From assembly GCA_045805745.1 (NCBI GenBank), contig JBJMKP010000001.1:86054-150053 (forward strand): a stretch of DNA of 64,000 nt, read 5' to 3'. The notes beneath the pieces were generated by a model. The model made no database searches and was not told the origin of the DNA. It saw nothing but the letters and a program-made list of their open reading frames with translations. Source of the DNA: Solirubrobacterales bacterium (GTDB taxonomy: Bacteria; Actinomycetota; Thermoleophilia; Solirubrobacterales; 70-9). Made by a program: the position numbers and the translations under genes. Numbering within the stretch: position 1 is the first letter of the stretch; the number at the start of each line of letters is the position of its first letter. Below, piece by piece: positions 1-9,720 of this stretch.

Positions 1-430
1 CCCAGATCAGCTGCCCCTCGACCTTGTAGGTGGGGGTGTGGATGGGGACGCCGCGGCGGATCAGGCGGCGCATCTCGTAGCCCTCGCGCAGCAGCTCGAG
101 CGAGAAGGTGAGGACGGTCTCGACCTCGGTCGGGTTCGGCTGCAGCGCCAGCTCCCGCGGGTGGGGGATGTGGCCGACGAAGGGGTGGACGACGTAGTTG
201 GTGACGAAGGTCCGCGTCGGCGGCAGACTCTCGCCGATCTCCACCTGGGCGGAGTCCAGCCCGATCTCCTCCTCGGCCTCGCGCAGGGCGGTGGCCTGCA
301 GGTCGGCGTCGTCCTCGTCGCGGCGGCCGCCAGGGAAGGAGATCTCGCCGGCGTGGCGGCGCAGGTCGGCGCGGCGCTCGGTGAAGATCAGGCCGGGGTC
401 ATCGGGCCACCCGTACAGCGGCAGCAGCAC
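1..430 (-). CDS. NUDIX hydrolase, CoA-pyrophosphatase-like (partial, 3' end off window; start uncertain)
   Basis: My own minus-strand translation, absent from the track because the frame is open at the window edge, reads LLPLYGWPDDPGLIFTERRADLRRHAGEISFPGGRRDEDDADLQATALREAEEEIGLD. This contains a Nudix box of the form GGx5Ex7REAxEEIG. A candidate GTG start at 430 follows GAGG. The plus ORF 38..511 is its antisense shadow. Confidence 0.75.
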   Translation of the reverse strand, partial: MLLPLYGWPDDPGLIFTERRADLRRHAGEISFPGGRRDEDDADLQATALREAEEEIGLDSAQVEIGESLPPTRTFVTNYVVHPFVGHIPHPRELALQPNPTEVETVLTFSLELLREGYEMRRLIRRGVPIHTPTYKVEGQLIW

Positions 431-453
431 CGCAGCCTCGACGGCGCCGCCGA

Positions 454-1266
454 TCAGATGATCACCGCGACGGTGCCGCCGTCCACCGACCAGGCGGCGC
501 CGGCCACGTAGGAGGCGCGCTCGCTGCAGAGGAAGACGATCGTCGCGGCGATCTCCTCGGGCTGGGCGAGGCGGCCGATCGGGCGCTTGGATCCGGCTTC
601 GGCGAGGGCCTCTTTGCGGTCGGCGGCGCCGGTCATCTCGACCGACTGGTCGAGCAGGCCGCCCGGCTCCATCCACATCTCGGCTTCGACCGGGCCGGGG
701 GCGACGGCGTTGACGAGGACGCCCGTCTTTGCGTAGCGGTCGGCGAAGAGGCGTGAGAGCGAGAGCTCGGCGGCCTTGGCGACGGAGTACTCGGCCATTG
801 CCGCCGAGGGGCGCTTGCCGGCGGTGGAGCAGACGTTGACCACCCGACCCCAGCCGCGCTCCGCCATCGGCGGAATCGCCGCCCGCATCGCCCGCAGCGG
901 CGCCATCACGTTCAGCTCGTACTGGGCGCGCCAGTCCTCATCGGGAACGTCGTCGAGGTCGCGCCAGGCGGCGGCGCCGGCGTTGTTGACGAGCACGTCG
1001 AGGCCGCCGAAGCGCTCCGTCGCCGCGGCCAGCATCCGCTCGCCGGCGTCGTCGCCGGTCACGTCGAGGGAGAGGTAGGCCGCCGCGCCACCGGCCACCT
1101 CAGCCGCCCGCACCGCTTCCTCGGTCACAGCCGCCAGCCGCTCCTCGCCGCGGGCGACCAGCACCACGTTCGCCCCCTCGGCGCAGAGCTGCAGCGCGGT
1201 CGCCTTGCCGATCCCGGCGCTGGCTCCGGTGACGACGCAGGCGCGACCAGCCAGCCCGAGGTCCAT
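454..1266 (-). CDS. short-chain dehydrogenase/reductase (SDR)
   Basis: TGASAGIGKA Rossmann motif, NNAG, and YSVAKAA catalytic Y-x3-K. I chose the internal ATG at 1266 (MDLGLAGRACVVTG) because the upstream extension is R-rich and overlaps the OsmC gene. TGATG overlap with the upstream gene. Confidence 0.9.
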   Translation of the reverse strand: MDLGLAGRACVVTGASAGIGKATALQLCAEGANVVLVARGEERLAAVTEEAVRAAEVAGGAAAYLSLDVTGDDAGERMLAAATERFGGLDVLVNNAGAAAWRDLDDVPDEDWRAQYELNVMAPLRAMRAAIPPMAERGWGRVVNVCSTAGKRPSAAMAEYSVAKAAELSLSRLFADRYAKTGVLVNAVAPGPVEAEMWMEPGGLLDQSVEMTGAADRKEALAEAGSKRPIGRLAQPEEIAATIVFLCSERASYVAGAAWSVDGGTVAVII

Positions 1267-1661
1267 CAAGCCTCCAGCCGCTCGACGACGGCGACGTGCG
1301 CCTCGCCGGCCAGCACCTTGTGGACCGGACACTTGGCCGCGATCACCAGTAGGCGCCGACGCTGCTCGTCGTCCAGCTCGGCGGGCAGCTTCACCCCGAC
1401 CTCGAAGCGGGTCGGCACCGGCCCCTCGTAGCCGACGTCGACGTCGACCTCAAGCGCGCCGAGGTCCCAGCCTTTGCGGTCGGCGTACATCTCGATCGTG
1501 ATCGCGGTGCAGCCGGCGAGGCTGGCGCCGAGCAGCTCGGTGGGGCGGGGGCCGGTGTCGGTGCCGCCGCGGTCGAGCGGCTCGTCGACCCGCAGGTCGT
1601 GCCTGCCGTCGAGCTCGACGTCGTGCGCATAGCCCTCGGTCCGGCGGGCGACGATCCGCAC
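1266..1661 (-). CDS. OsmC family peroxiredoxin-like protein
   Basis: 131 aa with GTDTGPRPTELLGASLAGCTAI and AAKCPVHKVL, the two OsmC cysteine motifs. Confidence 0.85.
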   Translation of the reverse strand: MRIVARRTEGYAHDVELDGRHDLRVDEPLDRGGTDTGPRPTELLGASLAGCTAITIEMYADRKGWDLGALEVDVDVGYEGPVPTRFEVGVKLPAELDDEQRRRLLVIAAKCPVHKVLAGEAHVAVVERLEA

Positions 1662-1663
1662 GC

Positions 1664-2230
1664 TCAGCCCTTGCCGCGGCCCTCGAACAGGGCGGGGTCG
1701 TCGACGTCGGCGAAGCGGGCCATCGCGTAGATCGCGTCGGAGGCGCGGTTGACGAAGTGGATCACCGTCTCGCGCTCGATCTCGCCTTCTTCCTTCAGTT
1801 CGGAGATACGGCGCTCGGCCCGGCGGATGACGGTGCGCGCTACGTCGAGCTGGGCGGAGAGCTGATTGCCGCCGGGGATGACGAACTTCGGCGGCAGCTC
1901 GACCCGGGCCATGTAGCGGTCGATCAGCTCCTCGAGCTCCGCGACCATCGCCTCGGTGGTGCGGCTGACGCCGTCTTCAAGCCGCCCGGCGGCCTCCGGT
2001 GCGGTCGCCAGCTCGGCCCCGGCGACGAAGACGTCGTCCTGCATGCGGAGGATGTCGGCGGCAAGCTCGGCCTGCCCGGGTCCGCAGAGGGCGCGGGCGA
2101 CGCCGAGCTGCGAGCAGGCCTCGTCCAGGGTCCCGTAGGCGTCGGTGCGGCCGTGGTGCTTCGGAATGCGCCCGCCGTACCAGAGGGAGGTGGTCCCGTC
2201 GTCTCCCTTCTTGGTGTAGATCTTGACCAT
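1664..2230 (-). CDS. ATP:cob(I)alamin adenosyltransferase, PduO type
   Basis: N-terminus MVKIYTKKGDDGTTSL and FVIPGG are typical PduO-type signatures. Lies 2 nt from its neighbours on both sides. Confidence 0.9.
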   Translation of the reverse strand: MVKIYTKKGDDGTTSLWYGGRIPKHHGRTDAYGTLDEACSQLGVARALCGPGQAELAADILRMQDDVFVAGAELATAPEAAGRLEDGVSRTTEAMVAELEELIDRYMARVELPPKFVIPGGNQLSAQLDVARTVIRRAERRISELKEEGEIERETVIHFVNRASDAIYAMARFADVDDPALFEGRGKG

Positions 2231-2232
2231 GG

Positions 2233-3528
2233 TCAGTTAGCCACCTGGCGCACCGGGTTGAAGGCGAAGCCGGTCATCACCTTGGGGAAGAAGAAGGTCG
2301 ACTTGGGCGGCATCACCGCGTCGGTGTTGCAGATCTCCTTGACCTGCTCGACCGGGACGCCGCGCTGGATGAAGGCGACGTCGTAATCGCCCTCGTCGAC
2401 CATCGCCAGGGCGGCGTCGACGCTCTTGGCGTATTCGAGCCCGTTGCGCTCGTCGATGTCGTGGTCGCTCATCCCGGCCAGGCCCTTGAGGACGAGGGTC
2501 TCGAGGATCGCCGAGTCGAGCCGGCGATAGGCCTCGGGCATGCCCTCGAGGCGGCGATCGACCTCGCCCAGGTCTTTAAGCCGCAGCCGGAAGGCCCGCT
2601 TGTGGAACGAGTCGTAGAGGCCGAAAACACCGACGCCCTCCTCGCCGCCGGGGTCGATCTCCTCGCGGTCGACCTCGGTCGCCTCGAACAGCTCGCGCAG
2701 GCCGTTGCCGAGGCGCTGCTGGCGCTCGGGGTCATCGGCGAAGCCGGAAAGCAGACGGTGGGTGGGGAAGACGGTGAGGCCGGGGTCGTCGAGCCCGGTC
2801 AGCGACATCAGGGTGTAGTTATGCGGGCCCTCGCCGCCGACCTCGTCGCGGAAGGCGCGGGCGGTCTCGTAGCGGTGGTGGCCGTCGGCGATCAGCAGCT
2901 GGGCGTTCGCCAGGCACTCGCTCACGGCGGCGTGCACCGCCGGGTCCTCGATCTTCCAGAGCCGGTTGACGGTGCCGTCCTCGTCGCGGGCTTCCCCCCA
3001 GGGCTCGTCGGGCAGCCCGGGCGCGACCAGCGGCCAGGCGTCCTCGGTCGAGAGCGAGAAGATCGGCGAGAGGTTGTAGCCCGTGGCGCGGGTCAGCTCC
3101 AGCCGGTCGAGCAGGGGGCCGGGATGGGTGCGCTCGTGGGGTCGGACGGTGCCGCTCTCGTAGTCCTCGACCCGCACCCGGGCGAGGATCCCGTTGCGGC
3201 TGTAGTGGTTGCCGTCGGGGGCGACGTAGTCCTGGGTCAGAGCCCAGAGCGAGGGCTCGTCGTCCTGGACCAGCGCCCCGCCGTCTTTCCAGCTCTCGAT
3301 CCGCGCCGCCGCCTCGGCGTAGGGGTCGCCGGTCGGGTCGCTGTCGGGGTCGGCGGGATCGAATGGTTTCGGCAGATCGATCGCGACCGCGTTGTAGGGA
3401 GAGCGCTCCAGCAGCGCCCGCCGCTGCGGCGCGTCGATCACGTCATAAGGGGGCGCGGCCACCGCATCCAGCGAGCCGACCTTCCCGAGGTCGTAGTGCA
3501 GCGCCTTGAAAGGGAGCACCTCAGCCAT
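2233..3528 (-). CDS. DUF1015 domain-containing protein
   Basis: MAEVLPFKALHY, PPYDVI and IADGHHRYETA match the DUF1015 family pattern. Confidence 0.8.
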   Translation of the reverse strand: MAEVLPFKALHYDLGKVGSLDAVAAPPYDVIDAPQRRALLERSPYNAVAIDLPKPFDPADPDSDPTGDPYAEAAARIESWKDGGALVQDDEPSLWALTQDYVAPDGNHYSRNGILARVRVEDYESGTVRPHERTHPGPLLDRLELTRATGYNLSPIFSLSTEDAWPLVAPGLPDEPWGEARDEDGTVNRLWKIEDPAVHAAVSECLANAQLLIADGHHRYETARAFRDEVGGEGPHNYTLMSLTGLDDPGLTVFPTHRLLSGFADDPERQQRLGNGLRELFEATEVDREEIDPGGEEGVGVFGLYDSFHKRAFRLRLKDLGEVDRRLEGMPEAYRRLDSAILETLVLKGLAGMSDHDIDERNGLEYAKSVDAALAMVDEGDYDVAFIQRGVPVEQVKEICNTDAVMPPKSTFFFPKVMTGFAFNPVRQVAN

Positions 3529-3556
3529 CGCCCCAGAACCTACACTTGCCTACAGT

Positions 3557-3630
3557 CGGGGCGTGGCGCAGCCTGGTAGCGCGCCGCCTTTGGGTGGCGG
3601 AGGTCCCCGGTTCGAATCCGGGCGCCCCGA
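3557..3630 (+). tRNA. tRNA-Pro (UGG)
   Basis: Hand-folded cloverleaf: acceptor CGGGGCG/CGCCCCG, D arm GCGC..GCGC, anticodon stem CCGCC/GGCGG with loop TTTGGGT, T arm CCCGG-TTCGAAT-CCGGG. No encoded CCA. Confidence 0.93.
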
Positions 3631-3724
3631 TTTATCGCTTGACCCGCTCTGAGGCTGCGGGCGAGGATGAACTTCACCGGCGGTGGGTAGTGGAGTCGGC
3701 AGACATCACGGGAAGGAGTTGTCG

Positions 3725-4105
3725 ATGGAGAGTTGGGATCTGAAGACGGTGGAGGTGGAGCCGCGTCAGCCGCGGATTCTTGCCTCCGGGGACGACGCGC
3801 GTTCGATCGTCTTAAACCTCCCAGAGGGGGAGGAGATGCAGGAGCACGAGGTGCACGAGCGGGCGCGGCTGATCGTGATCGACGGCGTCGTCGACATCAC
3901 CACCGAAGGCCACGCCGATGTCAGCGGCGCCGGTGCGGGACACCTCTTCGAGTTCGATCCCGGCGAGCGGCGGACGATCGTCGCCCGCTCCGACGCGCGC
4001 CTTCTCTACGTTCTCTCACCCTGGCCCGGCGACGGCCACCCCGGCGCGATGACGCTGGAAGAGAAGGCCCAGGCACGGGAGAAGGCCGCCGAGCACGCTG
4101 GGTAG
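3725..4105 (+). CDS. cupin domain protein
   Basis: ATG preceded by GGAAGGAG. Small beta-barrel-type sequence (EHEVHERARLIVIDGVVDI...GERRTIVA). Confidence 0.65.
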   Translation: MESWDLKTVEVEPRQPRILASGDDARSIVLNLPEGEEMQEHEVHERARLIVIDGVVDITTEGHADVSGAGAGHLFEFDPGERRTIVARSDARLLYVLSPWPGDGHPGAMTLEEKAQAREKAAEHAG

Positions 4106-4109
4106 CGAG

Positions 4110-4502
4110 CTACCAGACGACCAGCGAGCGCGAACCGTCGTGTCGCGTGATGGCTTCGTCTTTGGTCACCAGCTTCACTCCCTGCTCGATCGCAGTCGCG
4201 TAGATGAGCCTGTCCGTGGGATCGCGAGGAAATGAGTCCGGCAGGGCAGCCGCACTGTCGGCGATCGCGGGAGTTATCCCGACGGTCCGTAACTGCGCGC
4301 TCAGCTTCTCCAGCCAGGCCCGAATCGGGACGTTGATGGCGATGCGCTGTCGTTCCGCTAGCCAGGCGAGCTCGTACCAGGAGATAGCCGCGACGAGCAG
4401 CTCGTCGGCTCCGTCGAGCACACGCTGGGCTGGCCTGCTGATTCGATCCGGTTCTGCCGACCACCAGTGGACTGCATGGGTGTCCAGCAGGACGGCGTTC
4501 AT
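4110..4502 (-). CDS. vapC: PIN-domain toxin VapC
   Basis: MNAVLLDTHAVHWW...VTKDEAI, with acidic PIN residues. TAATG overlap with the upstream antitoxin gene. Confidence 0.85.
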   Translation of the reverse strand: MNAVLLDTHAVHWWSAEPDRISRPAQRVLDGADELLVAAISWYELAWLAERQRIAINVPIRAWLEKLSAQLRTVGITPAIADSAAALPDSFPRDPTDRLIYATAIEQGVKLVTKDEAITRHDGSRSLVVW

Positions 4503-4729
4503 TAGGAGAGATCCCACATCTCTTCGGTAGAGAGGAGGCCCTGCTCGTCGACCGCCGTCCTCGCGCGTCCCTCGAACAAGCCCTTCAAAGAACGAGATCC
4601 GGACGGGGGAACGAGGCGAGCGACCGGACGCCCGTGGCGGGTGATCTCGATTTCCTCGCCGGCCGCGGCCTCGTCCAGGAGGCGCAGGAAGCCGGCCTTG
4701 GCAGCAGTGGCGGTCAAGGATTTAGGCAT
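4502..4729 (-). CDS. Phd/YefM-type antitoxin (VapB-like)
   Basis: MPKSLTATAAKAGFLRLLDEAAAGEEIEITRHGRPVARLVP is a typical Phd/YefM N-terminus. The internal ATG at 4729 abuts a perfect palindrome. Confidence 0.8.
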   Translation of the reverse strand: MPKSLTATAAKAGFLRLLDEAAAGEEIEITRHGRPVARLVPPSGSRSLKGLFEGRARTAVDEQGLLSTEEMWDLS

Positions 4730-4749
4730 ATGACCATAATAATGGTCAT
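4730..4749. promoter_or_regulatory. perfect palindrome ATGACCAT-AATA-ATGGTCAT abutting the antitoxin start (putative TA operator with leaderless promoter)
   Basis: 8-4-8 inverted repeat directly upstream of the minus-strand ATG. On the minus strand it contains TATTAT 6 nt before the A of the ATG. No SD is present. Confidence 0.6.
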
Positions 4750-4848
4750 TCGGACGAATGAGCGGATGGAGGCCTGCTGTCACCTCCCTCCAAGGGCCGG
4801 AGCGAATCAAGTTCTCCTCCCTTCTGGCCGAAGAATGAGGAAATACCG

Positions 4849-5136
4849 ATGGACGAGCTATTTGGAGATCAGGCGGAGCAGCCAGGCGAGGGACGTGATC
4901 GTCGCCGGGTCGAGCGGGCGGTGTTCGAAACCGACCGTCAGCTGATCGAAGGCGATCTGACCTTGCCTCCCGCCGGCTATCAGAGCCGTTTCTCGGACTC
5001 CCTCAACCGCGGCGAGTTCGAATTTGTGCCGCTGACCAACGTCCAGGTCACCACGCTCTCTGACGGCAAGGTCGCGAAGGTGCCCTTCCTCGTCCTCTCC
5101 AAGCGCCAGATCCGGATCGCCTACCCGGTCGAGTAG
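4849..5136 (+). CDS. small conserved hypothetical protein
   Basis: GAGGAA SD 6 nt upstream, good GC3 bias, 95 aa. Confidence 0.6.
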   Translation: MDELFGDQAEQPGEGRDRRRVERAVFETDRQLIEGDLTLPPAGYQSRFSDSLNRGEFEFVPLTNVQVTTLSDGKVAKVPFLVLSKRQIRIAYPVE

Positions 5137-5146
5137 TGAGCGCCGG

Positions 5147-5419
5147 TTAGTTGCGCCGCGCCTGTCCCCGGTTCGCCCACGACCCGAGGTCGATGACGAA
5201 GGCGGGGATGACGATGAACCACTCGAAGCCGTGGACTCCGTTAGTGCCGACTCCCCACATCGCCGCGTAGGCGAGCGTCGTCCAGGGCAGGAGGAAGAAG
5301 CCGAGGAAGGGGAGGAACCAGCTGTCGAATGCGTCGCTGAGCAGGTCGGAGAAGAGGAAGATCCCGAACAGCGCCAGCCGCGGCGAGATGAAGGCGAGCA
5401 GGACGACGAGACAGGCCAT
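5147..5419 (-). CDS. small integral membrane protein
   Basis: 90 aa with three hydrophobic helices, rich in F/L/W. Confidence 0.6.
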   Translation of the reverse strand: MACLVVLLAFISPRLALFGIFLFSDLLSDAFDSWFLPFLGFFLLPWTTLAYAAMWGVGTNGVHGFEWFIVIPAFVIDLGSWANRGQARRN

Positions 5420-5522
5420 GCGCCCACGCTACTCCCTGGACCGGCTGCACATCACCCAGTTCACCGGCTCGTTATCTCGAGGGCGTAACGTTTCTCGGAA
5501 GCCAAGACAAGGACAGGTTCGG

Positions 5523-6197
5523 ATGAACAGACTCGGAAAGCTGATAACGATGATGCACCCGGAGAAGACCAAGCTGGTCGCCCCGGACGAGGCGCTGCCT
5601 GGCCGCAGCGAACGCCCCTTCGACGTCCCCAAGACCCACGCGGTGCTCGGCACCCCGCTGGAGCCGCCGTTCCCTGAGGGGATCGAGGTCGCCTACTTCG
5701 CCCTCGGCTGCTTCTGGGGCGCGGAGCGGCTGTTCTGGGAACTGGACGGCGTCTACGCCACGGCGGTCGGCTACCAGAACGGGACCACCCCGAACCCGAC
5801 CTACGAGGAGGTCTGCTCGGCAAAGACCGGCCACGCCGAGGCGGTCCTGGTCGCCTTCGACCCGAAGCTCGTCTCCTGCGCCGACCTGCTGAAGGTGTTC
5901 TTCGAGGAGCACGACCCGACCCAGGGCATGCGCCAGGGGAACGACGTCGGCACCCAGTACCGATCCGGGATCTACTTCACCAACGACGCCCAGAAGGCGA
6001 CCGCGGAGATGGCGCGCGACGCCTACGACAAGGCGCTGCGGGCGGCCGGCAAGGAGCCGGTGACGACCGAGATCGAGCCCGCTGGGCCCTTCTACTACGC
6101 CGAGGATTACCACCAGCAGTACCTGCACAAGGTGCCGAACGGCTACTGCGGGCTGAAAGGCACCGGCGTGGCCTGCAGCATCCCCGCCGCCGCGTAG
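5523..6197 (+). CDS. msrA: peptide-methionine (S)-S-oxide reductase
   Basis: [13 protein letters not shown] active-site motif, [21 protein letters not shown]. Start trimmed to MNRLGK at 5523. Confidence 0.93.
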   Translation: MNRLGKLITMMHPEKTKLVAPDEALPGRSERPFDVPKTHAVLGTPLEPPFPEGIEVAYFALGCFWGAERLFWELDGVYATAVGYQNGTTPNPTYEEVCSAKTGHAEAVLVAFDPKLVSCADLLKVFFEEHDPTQGMRQGNDVGTQYRSGIYFTNDAQKATAEMARDAYDKALRAAGKEPVTTEIEPAGPFYYAEDYHQQYLHKVPNGYCGLKGTGVACSIPAAA

Positions 6198-6246
6198 GTG
6201 GGCGCGGCGGTGCCCGCCGGGCGCGCCGAATAGCATCCCGGCCTTC

Positions 6247-8463
6247 GTGGCACCCTCCTTCGGCTCCTACATCGCCGGCTGCGCTGCCCTGATCGGGATC
6301 GTCGCGGCGCTCGGCCTCGGCGGCTACTGGCTGCGGCGCTGGATCGTGCCGGAATTCACCGGCGCCCTGGCGCGGCTCGCCGACGCCACCCTGGCGGTCG
6401 CGATGCTGGTCGTCTGCCTCGAGTTCCTCGGCTCGCTCAGCGCGCTGTACTTCGGCTGGATCGTCGTCCTCTGCATCGGCGTCGGCCTCGGCGCCGCCTG
6501 GCTGGGGCGCTCGAAAGCGGGCGGTGGGCGCGAAGTGGCGGCGCCACGGGTGGAGAACATTGCGCTGCTGATCGCGCTCGGGGTCGCCTCCTGGACTGTC
6601 GCCGAGTGGACCTTCCCGACCCAGTCGAGCCTCGACTTCGGGATGTTCGGCGGTGACACCACCTGGTACCACATGCCCTTCTCGGCGTTCATCGCCCAGG
6701 AACACTCGACGGTGCCGCTGCACTTCACCGACCCGCTGCGGCTGGCGGCCTGGTTCTACCCGGCCAGCGCCGAGCTGGTCAACGCCTCGACGATCGTGCT
6801 CTTCAAGAGCGACTGGGCGGTGCCGCTGATCAACATCATCTGGCTGCCGATTGGTCTGCTCGCCGCTTGGTGCATCGGTCGCCCCTACAAGGTCGGGCCG
6901 GCGACGATGGTCGCCGCGGCGATCGTTCTCGACTCCGGGGTGATGATCGAAACCCAGCCCGGCGAGGCGCGCAACGACATCATGGGGCTCGCCTTCCTGC
7001 TCGCCTTCGCGGCCTTCCTAATCAACGGCCACCAGCGCCGGGCGCCCGCCGCCGGCGCGGTTCAGGACGCTCCCGAGCGCGACGCGCCGCTGCTCGACAA
7101 GGGGCCGCTGATCATGGCCGGGATCGCCGCCGGCCTCGCCGGCTCGGTGAAGACCACCTTCCTCGTCCCGGTCGTCGCGATCACGATCGGCGTCATTGTC
7201 TTCAGCGGCCGCGGGCGGCGCTGGACCACCACCTGGGTGATGGGACTGTCGATGCTCGTCGTCGGCGGTTACTGGTATCTGCGGGCGGCGGTCAAGACCG
7301 GCGGAAACCCGATCCCGATCACTAAATTCGGCCCGCTCAACCTGCCCAAGCCCGACCAGATGCCAATCGACCCGCGGCCCCGCTTCGCCGTCATCGACTA
7401 CATCACCCAACCGACCATCTACCGGCGCTGGTTCTTCCCCGAGCTGGAGAACGCCCTGGGGCCGTTGTGGCCTCTGATTCTGATCATGGCCGTGTCGGCC
7501 GCCTGCTACATCGCCTTCCGCTCGCGCAACAAGATCCTCCGGGTGATCGCCGTCGCCTCGCTGCTGACCGCGGTCGTCTACCTCTTCACGCCGCTGACCG
7601 CGGCCGGGCAGGAGGGCTCGCCGACCGGCTTCTTCACCAACACCCGCTACCTGATGCCGGGGCTGGTTCTGGCGATGGCGCTGCTGCCGCTGGCGAGGCC
7701 AATTCGCGCCCCCGACCGGCGTGCCTGGCAGACGCTGCTCTTCCTCACCGGGGTCTTCGCGATCACCGTGCTGACCACGCCGCGCTGGTTCACCAGCTAC
7801 ATCGCCGGCACGATCTTCCTCACCCTCTGCCTGGTCTGGGCGCCGGCCTTCCTCTCGATGGCGCGCTCGCGCGCCCAGGTCAGCCGCGCGGCGGTGGCGG
7901 CGGGGGCCGCGGTGCTGATCCTGCTGGCGGTCGTCCTCGGGCGGGCCCAGCAGGTCCAGTACGCCGAACAGCACTACGTCAACCCGGACCCGTTCCTCGG
8001 CGAAGGAGGCCCGAAGGAAGCCTACGTCTACACCCAGAAGCTGCACGATCAGAGGATCGGGATCATCGGCTCCAGCCAGATCATCTTCGGCCAGTACGGG
8101 TTCTACGGCAACGACGCCAGCAACCACGTCGAATACATCGGCGTCCACGGGCCGCACGGCTCCAACCGTCTGCCGACCAGCTGCGCCCAGCTGCGCAGCC
8201 TGATCAACCAGGGCGACTACGACTACCTGGTGATGAGCCAGTACACGCAGGACACCGGCCCCTACAACGCCGGCATCCCCAACCCGTACCAGTTTCCCGT
8301 CTACGCCTGGGTGAAGGGCGACCCGGCGGTGAAGCTGGTCGTCAAAGACTTCAAAGCCTCGCCCCAGCCCGACTACGTGTTCAAGGTGACCGGCAAGCTC
8401 GACCCCTCGGCCTGCAAGCTCGAAAAGCGGCCCGAGGTCCCGGGCGAAGAACCGATCGAATAG
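6247..8463 (+). CDS. large polytopic membrane protein with C-terminal soluble domain (possibly GT-C-like; function unknown)
   Basis: 738 aa with at least 12 hydrophobic segments followed by a roughly 170-aa hydrophilic tail. GTG start. Confidence 0.7.
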   Translation: MAPSFGSYIAGCAALIGIVAALGLGGYWLRRWIVPEFTGALARLADATLAVAMLVVCLEFLGSLSALYFGWIVVLCIGVGLGAAWLGRSKAGGGREVAAPRVENIALLIALGVASWTVAEWTFPTQSSLDFGMFGGDTTWYHMPFSAFIAQEHSTVPLHFTDPLRLAAWFYPASAELVNASTIVLFKSDWAVPLINIIWLPIGLLAAWCIGRPYKVGPATMVAAAIVLDSGVMIETQPGEARNDIMGLAFLLAFAAFLINGHQRRAPAAGAVQDAPERDAPLLDKGPLIMAGIAAGLAGSVKTTFLVPVVAITIGVIVFSGRGRRWTTTWVMGLSMLVVGGYWYLRAAVKTGGNPIPITKFGPLNLPKPDQMPIDPRPRFAVIDYITQPTIYRRWFFPELENALGPLWPLILIMAVSAACYIAFRSRNKILRVIAVASLLTAVVYLFTPLTAAGQEGSPTGFFTNTRYLMPGLVLAMALLPLARPIRAPDRRAWQTLLFLTGVFAITVLTTPRWFTSYIAGTIFLTLCLVWAPAFLSMARSRAQVSRAAVAAGAAVLILLAVVLGRAQQVQYAEQHYVNPDPFLGEGGPKEAYVYTQKLHDQRIGIIGSSQIIFGQYGFYGNDASNHVEYIGVHGPHGSNRLPTSCAQLRSLINQGDYDYLVMSQYTQDTGPYNAGIPNPYQFPVYAWVKGDPAVKLVVKDFKASPQPDYVFKVTGKLDPSACKLEKRPEVPGEEPIE

Positions 8464-9267
8464 CTACGCCGCCGCGAGCGCGTGCTCGCGGATCAGCTCG
8501 GCAGAGCGCTGCGGCTGCTCCCACCAGAACATGTGGCCGACGTCGGTGAGCGTCTCGAAGCGGGCGCCGGGCATCAGCGAGGCGATCAGCTCGCCGTTGG
8601 GGTAGGGAAGGACGCCGTCCTCGGTGCCGTGGACGATCAACGCCGGCGTGGCGATCTCATCCAGCCGGCCGCTGGTGTCGTGGCCGAAGATCGCCTGCAC
8701 CTGCAGTTCGATCGTCGCTTTCGCCGCCGGCACCCGGGTCGCCATCTCGTGGAAGGCCTCGAAGGTCGACTCGTCGGCGCGGAAGGAGGGGGAGAGGTTG
8801 ACTTCGTAGCCGGCCCGGATCGCCTGCTCCCGGTCGCCTGAAGAGAGGCCGGCGAGCAGCTTTTGCGCGTTCTCCTGCGGCATCAGCTGCGAGCCGGGCC
8901 CGCCGCAGTAGGTGCAGCCAAGCGTTAGCGAGCGCAACCGCTCGGGGTGGGCCAGCGCCAGCTCCTGGGCGATCATCCCGCCCATCGAGATCCCGGCCAC
9001 GTGTGCGCTCTCCCAGCCGAGCGCCTTGAGCAGGCCGGCGGTGTCCGCAGCCATCTCGGCGATCGTGAACGGACCGTCGACCGGCCCCGAGAGGCCGATC
9101 CCCCGGTTGTCGAAGGCGACCACGTCGAAGCTCTCCTCCAGGGTGCCTTTGAACGGCTTGCCCCAGGAGACATGCGTCCCACTCATCCCCTGGATCAGCA
9201 GCAACGGCTCACCGGACCCGGCGCGCTCGAAGTGAAACTCCCGTCCTGAAACATCGATCGTCGGCAT
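8464..9267 (-). CDS. alpha/beta hydrolase
   Basis: Nucleophile elbow GISMGG, HG-type N-terminal region (LLLIQGMSG), C-terminal GHMFWWE. Confidence 0.88.
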   Translation of the reverse strand: MPTIDVSGREFHFERAGSGEPLLLIQGMSGTHVSWGKPFKGTLEESFDVVAFDNRGIGLSGPVDGPFTIAEMAADTAGLLKALGWESAHVAGISMGGMIAQELALAHPERLRSLTLGCTYCGGPGSQLMPQENAQKLLAGLSSGDREQAIRAGYEVNLSPSFRADESTFEAFHEMATRVPAAKATIELQVQAIFGHDTSGRLDEIATPALIVHGTEDGVLPYPNGELIASLMPGARFETLTDVGHMFWWEQPQRSAELIREHALAAA

Positions 9268-9320
9268 CGCCGGATCCTAGGCGAGCCGCCCCTCCAACGC
9301 CTAACCTTCGACCCCCCCAA

Positions 9321-9395
9321 GCCCCCGTAGCTCAGCCCGGATAGAGCATCGGATTTCTAATCCGACGGTCGCTGGTTCGAATCCAGCCGGGGGCA
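9321..9395 (+). tRNA. tRNA-Arg (UCU)
   Basis: Acceptor GCCCCCG/CGGGGGC, anticodon stem TCGGA/TCCGA with loop TTTCTAA, T arm GCTGG-TTCGAAT-CCAGC. Confidence 0.93.
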
Positions 9396-9402
9396 CTGAG
9401 CG

Positions 9403-9720
9403 CTAACGCCCCGACCAGATGACTATTCCGCAGTGAAGATCTGGGTTTCGCCGAATTACGCGCCATGGCCTGTCAGCTGAGACGCAGGGCCACGCCATGA
9501 TGAGCTGCGCATCGCCCGACTTGAGGTAGACCATGAGTTTGATGCGCCTCCCCGTCTTCTGGGCGGCGCTGCATTCATAGGCCGCTTCATCGAGGTCGCG
9601 GTCTAATTTCTTGCATTCAGGTTCGGTGAGCCACTTGGCGTGATCGGTTATCGCGACCTCGACGTCGTTCGCCGTCTCTCCGCATGAGGCCAGGACCAAA
9701 CCTGATGCAAGCAGCAGCAT
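9403..9720 (-). CDS. putative small lipoprotein
   Basis: MLLLASGLVLASCGE lipobox-like signal. Lower GC than flanks. Lies 8 nt from tRNA-Arg. Start uncertain. Confidence 0.45.
   Translation of the reverse strand: MLLLASGLVLASCGETANDVEVAITDHAKWLTEPECKKLDRDLDEAAYECSAAQKTGRRIKLMVYLKSGDAQLIMAWPCVSADRPWRVIRRNPDLHCGIVIWSGR

Noticed and set aside
38-511. 157-aa plus-strand ORF at the window start
   Set aside because: It lies antisense to a minus-strand frame that encodes a clear Nudix box, and its composition is low-complexity A/G/D/L.
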